Assembly: GCA_965203905.1 (NCBI GenBank)
Contig: CBDBDQ010000005.1
Span: 7,040,001-7,104,000, forward strand
Source of the DNA: Spirochaetia bacterium
GTDB taxonomy: Bacteria > Spirochaetota > Spirochaetia > SZUA-6 > Bin103
Length of the DNA stretch: 64,000 nt
Direction: 5' to 3'
Shown here: positions 38,093-48,659 of the stretch, in pieces
Layout: every line of letters starts with the position of its first letter
Numbering within the stretch: the stretch's first letter is position 1
Translations under genes and position numbers: made by a program
The notes under the pieces: generated by a model
Seen by the model: the letters and a program-made list of their open reading frames with translations, nothing else
The model's database searches: none
Told to the model about the DNA's origin: nothing

Positions 38093-38605
38093 ATGGAGAT
38101 CAGGGCCGCCGTCGGAGCTGACGCGAGGGGCATCGCCGAGGTGCACGTGCGCTCGTGGCAGGCCGCGTATCGGGGCCAGATCCCCGACTCCGTCCTGGCC
38201 GCACTCTCGGTCGACGCCAGGGCGAAATGGTGGGAGCAGACCCTCGGCAACCCGGCCAACCGGGTCCTGGTGGCGGACGCGGCTCCGAAGATCGTTGCCT
38301 TCGTCAACTTCGGACCGTTGCGCGACGACGATGCCGACCGCGATTCGGTCGGCGAAGTCTACGCCATCTACTGCCTAACCGAGTTCTGGGACCGCGGGAT
38401 CGGCCGCAAGTTGATGGAGGCCGCCGTCGTATCGCTGTGCGACCTGAATTACGCGGCGGTCAAGGTCTGGGTCCTGGACACCAACCGCCGGGCGATTGCC
38501 TTCTACCGGAAACTGGGCTTCGCCGTCGACGGCGCCGAGAAGGTGGAGCAACGGGAGGACTATCAGATCCGCGAACTTCGCTACAGCCGCAACCTGCGCG
38601 TGTGA
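38093..38605 (+). CDS. GNAT family N-acetyltransferase
   Basis: IAEVHVRSWQAAY; GEVYAIY....WDRGIGRKL; WVLDTN.RA..FY.KLGF. Confidence 0.92.
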   Translation: MEIRAAVGADARGIAEVHVRSWQAAYRGQIPDSVLAALSVDARAKWWEQTLGNPANRVLVADAAPKIVAFVNFGPLRDDDADRDSVGEVYAIYCLTEFWDRGIGRKLMEAAVVSLCDLNYAAVKVWVLDTNRRAIAFYRKLGFAVDGAEKVEQREDYQIRELRYSRNLRV

Positions 38606-38976
38606 ACGACGGCTACGACGTCTACTGCGGTCTGCTACGCCTGTACGACGAATTCTCGGCAGCACCGGACGCCGACGTTCCCAGGAAGTGGCGTTCGATA
38701 ACGGCCTACGTTCAGCGCCGCCGACGGCCGTCTGACCGAGATCCGGACCGTGCGGACCGTGCCTCACGGTTGTGCTGGAGAAAGTACCCGCGCCGACATT
38801 CACCTGCACCCAACGGACGCCTCGTGTTCGGAAGTGGCCCGCCGGTGACGGAGGCGCCAGCGATTGATTGACGGCTGGCGCGCCGTGCGGCACACTCCCC
38901 AGATGGCCCCGACACGGTCTCTCCAGACCAGTAGCCTCTTGCGACTGCACCGTCGCGTCTCACCGCCGGCCGCATA

Positions 38977-39942
38977 GTGAGGCTTCCGTCGCTCTCGTCG
39001 CACAGGAGCCTCACGGGAGGTGCCGCTACCCGCTTTGCGGGCGGGGTCAGGGTCTATCTGCGCAAGTACCACGAGTTCTATCTGATGCTCGTGCCGGTGC
39101 TCGCGTTCTATTTCATCTTCAAGTACCTGCCAATGTACGGCGTGGTCATCGCGTTCCAGGATTACAGCATCTTCCGGGGCGTGGCCGGCAGCCGTTGGGT
39201 CGGGTTCGAGAACTTCGCCTGGGCGTTCGAGCAGCCGACGTTCTGGCTGGCCACCGCCAACACCATCAAGCTCAACCTGCTCTCCCTCATCTTCGGGTTC
39301 CCGGCGCCGATCATCCTCGCCCTGCTGCTCAACGAGGTGCGGCGGCGGTCGTTCAAGGCGGTGGTGCAGTCGATCTCCTACCTGCCGCATTTCTTCTCGT
39401 GGGTGGTGGTGTACGGCATCGTGCTGGCGTTCTTCAGCCCGTTCAACGGCATGCTGCCGAAGCTGTTGCACAACCTGGGGCTGGAATCGGTTGGGTTCCT
39501 GACCCGGATCAACTGGTGGTTGTCGATCTTCATCGGCTCCGGGATCTGGAAGGGCGCCGGCTGGGCGGCGATCATCTATATCTCGGCGCTCAGCGCCATC
39601 GACCCGGACCTGTATGACGCCGCCTACGTCGACGGCGCTGGACTGCTGCGCTCCACCTGGCACGTCACGCTGCCGGGGATCCGGCCGACCATCATCATCA
39701 TCTTCATCATCAACCTGGGCCAGCTCCTGAACATCGGCTTCGAGCAGCCGTTCCTGCTCGGCAACGCCCACGTCAGCGACGTCGCCGAGGTGCTGAGCAC
39801 CTATATCTACCGCTTCGGCCTGCTGCAGCAGGAGTTCAGCCTGACCGCCGCCGTCGGGCTGATGCAGTCGCTGATCAACTTCGGGCTGCTGATCCTGGCC
39901 AACTACGTCATCCGCCTCACCGGGCAGCGCGGCATCTGGTAG
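38977..39942 (+). CDS. Carbohydrate ABC permease (LplB-like)
   Basis: YLPMYGVVIAFQDY; YLPHFFSWV; YDAAYVDGA. Confidence 0.92.
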   Translation: MRLPSLSSHRSLTGGAATRFAGGVRVYLRKYHEFYLMLVPVLAFYFIFKYLPMYGVVIAFQDYSIFRGVAGSRWVGFENFAWAFEQPTFWLATANTIKLNLLSLIFGFPAPIILALLLNEVRRRSFKAVVQSISYLPHFFSWVVVYGIVLAFFSPFNGMLPKLLHNLGLESVGFLTRINWWLSIFIGSGIWKGAGWAAIIYISALSAIDPDLYDAAYVDGAGLLRSTWHVTLPGIRPTIIIIFIINLGQLLNIGFEQPFLLGNAHVSDVAEVLSTYIYRFGLLQQEFSLTAAVGLMQSLINFGLLILANYVIRLTGQRGIW

Positions 39943-39946
39943 GCAC

Positions 39947-40834
39947 ATGGTAAACGCCGGCCGCATCACCAACGCGTACCGGGTGTTCACGGTCTGCAAC
40001 ACCGTGCTGCTGGTAGTGTTGAGCTTCGCCTTCCTGTTCCCGTTCGTGTTCGTGATAGCGCGCTCGCTCAGCGACGGCTACTACGTGCTGAGCGGACAGG
40101 TGTTCCTCTATCCGCGCGGCTTCACCCTGCAGGCGTACGAGGTGATGATTACCGACCCGCGCATGCTCAAGGCGCTGTGGTTCACCACCCAGTTGGCGGT
40201 GCTCGGCACCGTGCTGAACCTGCTGTTCACGATCCTCGCCGCCTATCCGCTGTCGCGCAGCCGGCTGGCGGGCGTGGCGTTCATCCTGGGTCTCGTCTTC
40301 GTGAGCTGGTACTTCAACCCGGGGCTGATCCCCACCTATCTGGTGGTGCGCGGGATGGGGTTGATCGATACCATCTGGGCGCTGATCTTTCCCGACGTGA
40401 TCCAGCCGTTCCTGCTGATCATCCTCATCACCTACATCCGCGGCATCCCGCACGAGATGGAGGAGGCGGCGGTGGTGGAGGGCAGCTCCTACTGGGGCAT
40501 CCTGCGCCGCATCGTGATTCCGATGTGCCGGCCGGTCATCGCCACCTTGATCATCTTCTACGCGGTCGGGCACTGGAACCAGTTCTTTCAGGGCCTGCTC
40601 TACATCAACGACGGCGACAAGTACACCCTGCAGATGCGCTTGCGCATCATCATCGACCTGTTCTCGGAACGGCTCGAAAACGTCGCCGTCACCACGGAGA
40701 ACGACGGGTCGATGGTCGCCGAGACAGCGCAGGCGGCGGCCATCATCATCGCCACCGTTCCCATCGTGTTGATCTATCCGTTTCTGCAGCGTCATTTCAT
40801 CAAGGGGGTGACCCTGGGCGCAATCAAAGGCTGA
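39947..40834 (+). CDS. Carbohydrate ABC permease (LplC-like)
   Basis: EMEEAAVVEG; YPFLQRHFIKGVTLGAIKG. Confidence 0.92.
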   Translation: MVNAGRITNAYRVFTVCNTVLLVVLSFAFLFPFVFVIARSLSDGYYVLSGQVFLYPRGFTLQAYEVMITDPRMLKALWFTTQLAVLGTVLNLLFTILAAYPLSRSRLAGVAFILGLVFVSWYFNPGLIPTYLVVRGMGLIDTIWALIFPDVIQPFLLIILITYIRGIPHEMEEAAVVEGSSYWGILRRIVIPMCRPVIATLIIFYAVGHWNQFFQGLLYINDGDKYTLQMRLRIIIDLFSERLENVAVTTENDGSMVAETAQAAAIIIATVPIVLIYPFLQRHFIKGVTLGAIKG

Positions 40835-40933
40835 GGCAGTAAGGAGACAAGGAAGGACGACGACCGAGGGTGCGCCGGCGCGGCGCATTTCGCATCCGGA
40901 ACAACAAGAAACCTCAAATGGGGAGGAGATGTT

Positions 40934-42493
40934 GTGAAAAATCTATTGATCGTGTTGCTGGCCCTGGGGCTGGCAACGACCGCGTTCGCCACCGGCGAGG
41001 GCGAGGCCGCCGGCGCGATGGCCGTGGTCACCCACATGGTGGCCGACCGCAACATCGTGCCGCCGGAGGTGGGTACCATCGACGACAACTGGTACACGCA
41101 GCTCGTCGACGAGCACCTGGCGCCGCTGGGGATCGACGTGGATATCGTCGTGTTTCCGCGCGCCGAGTACGACTCCAAGGTGGTAACGCTGCTCGCCGCG
41201 GGCGACGCCCCCGACGTGATGTGGACTTGGAAATTCCCGCCGTACGGCAGCCAGGCCGGCGAGTGGACACTGGAGGGCGGGCTGCTCGACTACGGCCCCT
41301 ACCTGGAGGAATTCGGACCCAACCTGCTCAAGCTCTACTCGGAGAAGGACCTGAAGGCGGGGTCGTTCTACGGCCAGCAGGTCGGCTTCAGGCGCCTGCA
41401 GACCACCAATCAGTGGTCCGTCCAGACGTTCATCCGGCAGGACTACCTCGATGTCCTGGGGCTGGAACAACCGCGCACCATCGATGAGGTGTACGAGCTC
41501 GCGGTCACCCTGAAAGCGAACGCCGACAAGCTCGGGCAGGATCCGGAGACCTTCTTTCCCATCCAACCTCGGAGTCTGCAGTGGATTCCGCATCGATATT
41601 TGCTGTCCGCGTTTCTGGACGAGACGCCGGGGCCGGAGCGGATGGTGGTGCCGTGGCAGATGTGGCCGGAAAGCAAGGAGGCGGCGCGCTGGCTCAACAA
41701 GCTCTACAACGAAGGGCTGGCCGCCGACCTGACGGTGGATCGCACCATGCACGGCCAGATGGTGATCAACGGTCAGACCGCGATCATCCCGTGGGTAATG
41801 CACAGCCCGATCTTCGTCGGCTACGGCGACTTCTACAACAAGATGGTGCAGAACAATCCGGACGCCAAGCTGGAGCCGATCTACCCGTGGACCAAGGATA
41901 CCAGTCTACCCTACTGGAACGAGCTCTTTGGCAATCCGGGCTACGGGCTCGGCTTCATCACCCCCTCCTACACCAAGCATCCCCAGCAGGTGGTGCAGTA
42001 CCTCGACTACCTGGCCTCCGACCTGGGCCGGCAGACGATGATCCTCGGCGTCGAAGGCCAGGATTGGGAGAAGACCGCGGACGGTGGCTTCCGGCGGCTG
42101 ATCAGCCCGCAGGAAGTGACCGACCGCATCGCCTGGATCCAGCCGCAGTGGGAAGTGCTGAGTCTGGCGTTTCCCGACAGCGCGGCACTCAATGGGCAGG
42201 CGCTGTACGGAACCCAGTTCCGCGGCGCCGAGTACGTGGAATGGGTACGCTACGCGGAGCAGAACTACCCCGTGCATCCGGCGCCGGTGGTGAGCCTGCC
42301 GGTTCCGGAACGGAACCGTTCGTGGGGCGCGATCAACGGCGACTGGAACAACGCGCTGCCGAAGATCCTGGTCGCTCCACCGGAGGAGTTCGACGCGCTC
42401 TGGGACGCCGCCGTCAAGGCGTTCCGCGACAACGGCGGCGACGCCATCGCGGAGGAGGCGGTCGCCAACTACGAGCAGTGGGTGTCGCAATAG
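40934..42493 (+). CDS. Extracellular solute-binding protein (LplA-like)
   Basis: Signal peptide MKNLLIVLLALGLATTAFA; LLAAGDAPDV; IRQDYLDVLGL..P.TIDE; WLNKLYNEGL. Confidence 0.88.
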   Translation: MKNLLIVLLALGLATTAFATGEGEAAGAMAVVTHMVADRNIVPPEVGTIDDNWYTQLVDEHLAPLGIDVDIVVFPRAEYDSKVVTLLAAGDAPDVMWTWKFPPYGSQAGEWTLEGGLLDYGPYLEEFGPNLLKLYSEKDLKAGSFYGQQVGFRRLQTTNQWSVQTFIRQDYLDVLGLEQPRTIDEVYELAVTLKANADKLGQDPETFFPIQPRSLQWIPHRYLLSAFLDETPGPERMVVPWQMWPESKEAARWLNKLYNEGLAADLTVDRTMHGQMVINGQTAIIPWVMHSPIFVGYGDFYNKMVQNNPDAKLEPIYPWTKDTSLPYWNELFGNPGYGLGFITPSYTKHPQQVVQYLDYLASDLGRQTMILGVEGQDWEKTADGGFRRLISPQEVTDRIAWIQPQWEVLSLAFPDSAALNGQALYGTQFRGAEYVEWVRYAEQNYPVHPAPVVSLPVPERNRSWGAINGDWNNALPKILVAPPEEFDALWDAAVKAFRDNGGDAIAEEAVANYEQWVSQ

Positions 42494-42550
42494 CGCGACG
42501 CAACAACGAATGCAGTAACGCGCGGGTAACGACCGACGAACTGCGCCGGC

Positions 42551-42594
42551 GCGCCGGCGGCGGTGGCGGAACCGTTCCACCGCCGCCCCGGCGC
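42551..42594. terminator. Strong stem-loop between convergent genes
   Basis: ggcggcggtgg-N10-ccaccgccgcc perfect 11-bp stem. Confidence 0.55.
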
Positions 42595-42631
42595 GGCCCG
42601 GACTCCGATCGACACTGCGGAACGACCACGT

Positions 42632-43240
42632 TCAGACTGGCGGGAAACGCCGGTCATCCTGCGGTGGGTCCTGTCGGGTACGCAGGACATCGGTGGTGTT
42701 TGCGATCGGTGCAGCCTCAATCGTGCGCAACCACGCGAGCACCGGCGTACAGGCGCTGCCCTGTCCCAGGCCGCGCTTGAGCAGGGGGAAGAACTGGCCG
42801 CCGGTGACGGCGGCGGCGAGGCCGGCGAGTCCCCGCTTCCCCCAGCGTCGGGTACACTCTTCAATGATTCCCGGCAGGGCCGGATCGTGCTCCGAAACGG
42901 CGCTGGCGTAGCGGGCCGCCAGACGCATTTCCGATGGCGCCTCCCCTTCCGAGTCGACCAGCAATCGCCGAATGTCCGGCAGCGGGACGCCGGCCTCGGC
43001 GGCCATGTTGATCGCCAGCTTCAGACACGAGCCGCAGTCGGCATACCGGGTGGCGACGATCTTGGCTGCGAAGTAGGGCGCCGGAGGCAGTCCGAAACGA
43101 TGGCGCGTGAACGAGGAAGCCAACACCAGCTTGAGCGCTCCGTTCCGGTCGGTGTCCACCAACTCCTGCAGGTAGCTGGCGTCGTAGCCGTATCGGGAGC
43201 CGAATCTTGCGAACGATCTCTTCAAGGTGCGGGCGATCAT
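42632..43240 (-). CDS. AhpD/CMD-like protein with CxxC motif
   Basis: YGYDASY; AAKIVA...ADCGSCL.L...MA.EAGV; F.P.LKR.LG....C. Confidence 0.65.
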   Translation of the reverse strand: MIARTLKRSFARFGSRYGYDASYLQELVDTDRNGALKLVLASSFTRHRFGLPPAPYFAAKIVATRYADCGSCLKLAINMAAEAGVPLPDIRRLLVDSEGEAPSEMRLAARYASAVSEHDPALPGIIEECTRRWGKRGLAGLAAAVTGGQFFPLLKRGLGQGSACTPVLAWLRTIEAAPIANTTDVLRTRQDPPQDDRRFPPV

Positions 43241-43336
43241 GACACACCTACCGGCGCGCAACAGTTACGTCCAGAGGCGGCCAGCTTGGGCGTCACGCAA
43301 TTCACTGCGGCGAACTGCGAGCCGCTACGTAAGGGG

Positions 43337-43978
43337 CTACAGCGTGAGCGCATGTACTTGCTCTCGGAAGTACCGGAAGCTCGGCGAGGCGTTTCGGGCC
43401 ACGTCGATGTGCGGAGCTATGTGTTCAGCCCACGAGGCCTTCTCTCTGCCTATCGCTTGCCACCCCTCGCGTGCCAAGGCCTCTGCGCCGCCACGGTACA
43501 GTGCGTCCGCAAGCCGTTCCCAGGTTCCGCATATGTCGTCGTTGCGGTAGCGCCTAAGCACACTTGTGTCGACACGGGGATAGGCGGCCACGACTGCGCA
43601 ATAATCGCCAAGCAACCAAGCCTCACCCTCCTCGACAGCAATGCAGAACCGTGTCTCGGGCCTCGGCTTGCACGTTGCCAGGATCTCCATCAGCTCGCGA
43701 CGAAACTCTCTCAGGCACCTACGGTCAAGGTCACATACCACAATCACGGCTGCCGGGTAGTTCACGACAGTCCGTCCGTATCCTCGTAGCAATCTCGCAA
43801 GCTGGTCGAGCAACAACCGTTTGCTCGGATCAGAATTGCTCCTGAGGTTGCGCGGAATGTGTCCGATTCCCCGGTCGGCGATAACTCTGAATGTGTGCCG
43901 CTCACCGATGATCTTTGGCATAAGAATATCGAGAGATCGCTTGCCAGACGCATCTTCGACCAGTACCTCAAAGTGCAT
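43337..43978 (-). CDS. DUF4276-like (TOPRIM-related) protein
   Basis: MHFEVLVED.SG; VIVVCDLD; CIAVEEGEAWLLGD; N.SPSF. Confidence 0.78.
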   Translation of the reverse strand: MHFEVLVEDASGKRSLDILMPKIIGERHTFRVIADRGIGHIPRNLRSNSDPSKRLLLDQLARLLRGYGRTVVNYPAAVIVVCDLDRRCLREFRRELMEILATCKPRPETRFCIAVEEGEAWLLGDYCAVVAAYPRVDTSVLRRYRNDDICGTWERLADALYRGGAEALAREGWQAIGREKASWAEHIAPHIDVARNASPSFRYFREQVHALTL

Positions 43979-43982
43979 GCCT

Positions 43983-45256
43983 TTACCTGGCGTCAAGATA
44001 GTCGCTGTACCAAAGATTTCCGAGCGGCAACCCCTCGGCCACCATATTGGTGACAATTGGATCATCGCTAGCCCGACGTGCCATCGACATCCCGTCGGCT
44101 CCCTTGTCCAGGATCCACACTTCCGCTGGCTCCAACGAGTTGACGAAGTATGGCTGGTGCGTGGTTACAAACACCTGCGAGCCACGTCTATGCGTCGCAG
44201 CATGTTCGCGGAACTCGGTCGCCAGAGTTTCCAGCAACTTGTGGTATAAGCCATTCTCCGGCTCCTCGATGCACAGGAACGGAGGAGGCGTCGGATCTTC
44301 GAGCAGCAAAAGATAGCAGAAGACCTTGAGCGTTCCGTCCGACATCTGCTGGGCGTAGAACGGATCCGTGAAACCTTGGTCGTTGAACCTGAGCAGAAGC
44401 CGGCCATCGCTGGTCCGCTCCGTTTCGATCTTGTCTACCCCCGGAATCTTGGATGTGATTCTGTCGAGCACCCGCCTGAATCGCTCTGGATGATCCCGTT
44501 CCATGAACTGGACGACGTTACCCAGATTGTCGCCGTGTACATTGAGGTGTTTCTGGGGACCGGCCAAGGGCAAGCTACGTGCAGCGTCGGGGCTGAAGTA
44601 GCTCAGGTACCATGCCTGTACAAAGCGTCGAAACTCGGCAATCCGCGGGTGCTGTTTCAATGCCCCAAGCGTTGCGATTCCCAGTTGACTTGAGTCCGTC
44701 AACTCCACCCACTCCCGATCCCAGGACTCCTCTTGGTGTTCCAGCGTTTCCAGGTAGTCCTGAAAATCGTCCGGCTCCTCGGCGACACCAGCATCCTGCT
44801 CTCCCTTCCATGCTATTCCTTCGCCATTATTGAGCCAGAGGAAGGTAAACGGACGTCCGTGTTTTTGGCCACGCCGCCGCTGGCGAAGCCGTTCGTATGT
44901 GACGCGCGGCCTCCCACTCAAGTCCTGCTCAATCTCGACCTCGTAAGTTATTGGACGATCCCGTTGACGTTCCCGATAGTACAACTCGAACTCGATTGGT
45001 CCGTGCGTTCCCTGTGTATGCAGACGTATGAATCCGCCTCGGCCACGCGCGTCACAAGCGTACTCGACGCCATCGCTGAGCGCATCAGCAAGGAACCCGA
45101 ATGCATCGAACAGCGCACTCTTGCCCACTCCGTTCTTGCCAATCACCGCCGAAATCGGCGTAAGCGGCGTGCGGTCCTGCTGATTCCACAGTCGACCAAG
45201 AGTCACTTCCTTCAGTACTTTGAAGTTTTTACCCTAAAGCCTTCGATCCTCGCCAT
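43983..45256 (-). pseudogene. ABC-type AAA_21 ATPase, frameshifted near its N-terminus (or restarting at GTG 45206)
   Basis: GKNGVGKS; MSDGTLK; IEEPENGL; VTTHQP; ATG 45256 gives MARIEGFRVK, and one extra A in the A5 run (45226-45230) would join it to NFKVLKEVTLG. Confidence 0.75.
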
Positions 45257-45686
45257 TACCATGTCCCCGCGCGTCATTCGTCAAACGCGATCTATTATAC
45301 CTGAGACTCCGGCTCACGGGCACCTACCGAGCCTGACTCGAATCAACCGTCATCGGCGTAGTGGCCGGACAGGTCGGAGCCATACGTCTCGACCAAGGGT
45401 TCCACAACGGACAAGGCGACTCACACTCGCCTACCTCGTGGCAGACCGGCACGCGACGCTCATGGGTGTAGTCCATCTGCCACTGTCGGGGTTCGTGCAC
45501 GTCTGGTCCGAAAATGGCAGCCACCGTGCACTGCCCCATGCGCCGTTCTCATGGTCCTCGGTGTCACGGAGTGACCGTGCTGGCTCTCAGAGAATCGACC
45601 TGGCGAGCAGTTTTGACGACCCCTCCCTCGTAGGGTATGCTGTCCCGCATCACGGGGGGCGCAGAGTTGCCCAGCGGAGGTAAGCG

Positions 45687-46979
45687 ATGGCCGATTCACC
45701 AGGCAGGATCAAGCGCGGCCCGTTGTCCGGCAAGAGCGTCGGACTGCTGGCGGGACCGGAGTTCAGCGACTTTCAGGCGTACTATCTCAACCTTTACCTG
45801 AGCGAGCTTGGCGCGCGGGTCACCAATCTGGTGATCGGCTGGCCGGAGGTGGGGTGGAAGATGACCCGCCCGGCTACCTCGGACACGGTGCAGGGCACCT
45901 TCGGGCTGCGCCTCGACCCGATCCCGACGATGGCCCCCGGCGACCGCTACACCTCACGCGTGTTCCGCAGCCAGGCGGAGCTCACCCCGGCCGCCGCCGA
46001 GGAGCTGGACGCGCTGATCGTGCTCGGCGGCCACTCCGCCGACGTGCTGCGCGTCGACCCCGCGGTGACCGGCTTCGTGTCCGCGGCCTGGAACGACGGG
46101 GTGCTGGTCGGCGCCCTGGAGTGCGGCCAGATGGTGCTGATGAGCGCCGGCGTGGTCTCCGGCCAGCGCGTCACCGGCTACCGCGTCGTGCGGCCGTTCC
46201 TGTCCCGTCTCGGCAGCTTCGTGGATCAGCCGGTGGTGGTCGACGGCAACCTGATCACCGCCCGCGACAGCGACGCCACGCCCGAGTTCCTGCGCGCCCT
46301 GGCGCGCTGGTTCCAGCCCGACTGGGAGGACCCCACGGCGGACCTGCTGGACGGCAAGCGCATCCTGATCATCGCCGGGCAGGACTTCGAGGACGTGGAG
46401 CTGTGCGTGCCGGCAATGGAGTTCGACCAGCGCGGCGCGCAGGTGGTCCTGGGCACCTTCCCCGCGCCGGTGGTGTCGCGTCCCCCGATGCGAGGACTGG
46501 ACGTGGTCATGGGCAACTTCGGCATGTCGGTGCCGTTCCAGGAGCTGGACGATACCCGCTATCCGGTGGCGCCGCTCGCCGACCTGAGCCTCGACGACTT
46601 CGACGCGGTGATGATTCCGGGCGCCTTCTGTCCCTGGAACTGTCTCGACGAGGGTTCGCCCGTGGAGCTGTGCCGGCGTGCGGCCGCGGCCGGCAAGGTG
46701 GTGGCGGCGATCTGCCACGGGCCCCTGGTGCTGGCCGCCGCCGACCTGGTGGACGGGCGCCGCATCGCCGGCTTCACCGCCTGCCGCGACGACGTGATCA
46801 CCATGGGCGCCCACTACGACTTCGGTTGGCCGGCGATGATCGACGGCAACATCGTCACCGGCCGCATCCCCGACGACGTCCCCGAGTTCATCGACGCCAT
46901 CACCGACGCCCTGTGCGGCACCTGTCTCCTGGAGGCCGCCACCCCGGCACCCGCGGAGGTTGCGAGCACTGCGCCGTGA
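45687..46979 (+). CDS. Two-domain DJ-1/PfpI family protein
   Basis: Domain 2 has DFEDVE, IPG, AICHGP, DGNIVTGR; domain 1 has EFSDFQ, ALECG, VVVDGNLITAR. Confidence 0.88.
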   Translation: MADSPGRIKRGPLSGKSVGLLAGPEFSDFQAYYLNLYLSELGARVTNLVIGWPEVGWKMTRPATSDTVQGTFGLRLDPIPTMAPGDRYTSRVFRSQAELTPAAAEELDALIVLGGHSADVLRVDPAVTGFVSAAWNDGVLVGALECGQMVLMSAGVVSGQRVTGYRVVRPFLSRLGSFVDQPVVVDGNLITARDSDATPEFLRALARWFQPDWEDPTADLLDGKRILIIAGQDFEDVELCVPAMEFDQRGAQVVLGTFPAPVVSRPPMRGLDVVMGNFGMSVPFQELDDTRYPVAPLADLSLDDFDAVMIPGAFCPWNCLDEGSPVELCRRAAAAGKVVAAICHGPLVLAAADLVDGRRIAGFTACRDDVITMGAHYDFGWPAMIDGNIVTGRIPDDVPEFIDAITDALCGTCLLEAATPAPAEVASTAP

Positions 46980-46999
46980 ACACCTGCCTTGGAGCCGGA

Positions 47000-47344
47000 C
47001 TACAGACCGATGCGTTGGATCTCCTTGGCGACGAACGGAAATAGCTCCTCCACGATTTCCAGTATCCTGTGTTGGCGGTAATACTCAACGTGCCGGCGGC
47101 GTGTCTCGCACCAATCGAGGTCGTTCAGTCCCAAGCGGGTGATGGTAGCCGCGACGCTCTGCTTCCGGGATGCGTCCAGTGACGGGGCAGCGTATACACG
47201 GCACTCCACGATATCCATCACGAACCGGCGGCCGGGCGGACGAGGCGACGGTTGGCCAACCAGTTCCGCGATTGCCCATGACCCCGGCTTCCGGACCCTC
47301 TGGTCAAAGTGGTCCGGTTCCGGTCGTGGCGCAACTCGTACCAC
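47000..47344 (-). pseudogene. HNH-type partner of the upstream ATPase (Septu PtuB-like), internally deleted
   Basis: N-terminal RVAPRPEPDHFDQRVRKPG and C-terminal TITRLGLND..WC..R...FPFVAKE kept; no CAY/DH/N nuclease core between them (junction ~47223). Confidence 0.65.
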
Positions 47345-47346
47345 GA

Positions 47347-48659
47347 CTATTCGGTGGCTCGTTTCTTCTTCAGCAACTCCCGAAAGTGGCCCCATCCGGC
47401 AAGAAAGGGGTCGCAATCGGAAAGGACCCTGCCGAGTTCCCGGCCTACTTCTTCCACCTCTTCGAGCGAAGGTTGCTCGCCACTGAGAGCAACTCCCGGG
47501 CCCGCAGGACAACCCGCTCCGCCTCGATGCTGCCACGGTCGGTGAGCAGGTCGAACGCGTCGCTCGTGAGCCAGTGCCCGACCGCTCCTCGCCGTTCATA
47601 TGGCCTGCGTCTGAGCACCACTCCCGACTCGGTCTCCAGGTCAAGGTCGAACCAGGCGTCCCGCTCTTCATCGAACCAGACTTCGGCGGAGGACAGCACC
47701 AACGGGGAGTGAGTGGTGACTACCATTTGCACGGTGTCCGGTGTGCCCAGTTCTCGCATGGCGCCTGTAAGGCAGCTCAGAATCGATCGTTGCCAGCGGG
47801 GGTGCAGGTGGCTCTCCACCTCGTCTATCAGCAGCGCGACGCGATCGCACGGTAGTTCGCCGAGTTGTTCGGCAGCGAGCCGGTGTTCACGCCACGCCAA
47901 CGTGAGCATGTAGGCCAGCGCGACGACACGGCGGATCCCGGCGGAGGCGTGCAGGATGGAAATCGCTTCAGCGTAGCCGGTGCGGATGGTGGGGATGTCC
48001 CTGGGGTCGTCGATGGAGATGCGCGACAGACCGCCCGGCTGGACGCGGACACCCGTCCCATCGGACGCGAGCGTCTCGATCACCGCCTTCATGGTGGCGT
48101 GACTGTCATTCTGCGCGCTGATCCAGGCAGCCCAGTCGATGATCAGCCCGTTGCAGATCGGTACGCGCCGGCCGTTTTCCTGCACAAACGCGCCGTTCCA
48201 CACCTCGTCCTGAGTAAACACCTGCGCCGGACGGCGCTCGGAGAAGTCGGCGTCGCCACGGCGCCGCCAGTAATTCCGAGCCGGGTCCCAGTACGAGAAC
48301 GACCCATCCGTGTGAGCGTAGATCACCAAGCCCGGCAGCAACGGCCTTCCGGGGCCCCCCTTCCACGCTTGATCCCTTGCTACATACCGAGCCTCGTACT
48401 CGGCGCTGGTGCTCCTTCCGCGCGCTCGAAACCGGATGCTCGCATCCTCGCCGGCCGCCGCCGGTCGAGCCGCATACCCGGCGTTCACGTGCGGGTTCAC
48501 TTCCTGCGGCCATCTGCGCGTCAGCGCCCACCAGACCACGTCCAGCAGGAAGCTCTTGCCCAGTCCGTTGTCGCCGGTAATGACGTTGAGCCGCGGGGCG
48601 AGCTCCATATCCATCCCGAGCGCGGGACCGACGTTGCGGAGGCGCAGGTACTCAATCAT
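47347..48659 (-). CDS. ABC-type AAA ATPase (Septu PtuA-like) with a frameshift close to the C-terminus
   Basis: TGDNGLGKS; HASAG; LLIDEVESHLHPRWQR; VTTHSP; ORF stops at 47445, but a shifted frame from ~47485 gives GEQPSLEEVEEVGRELGRVLSDCDPF...* ending at 47347, 2 nt before the next start. Confidence 0.8.

Noticed and set aside
38602-38870. GTGA-coupled short frame after the GNAT gene, possibly a decayed gene
   Set aside because: No recognisable motif in any frame; needs tBLASTx.
45300-45660. Lower-GC spacer with small ORFs (similar unexplained spacers at 4630-4870, 25530-25700 and 59700-59990)
   Set aside because: Probably eroded remnants, but no family or repeat structure could be supported.
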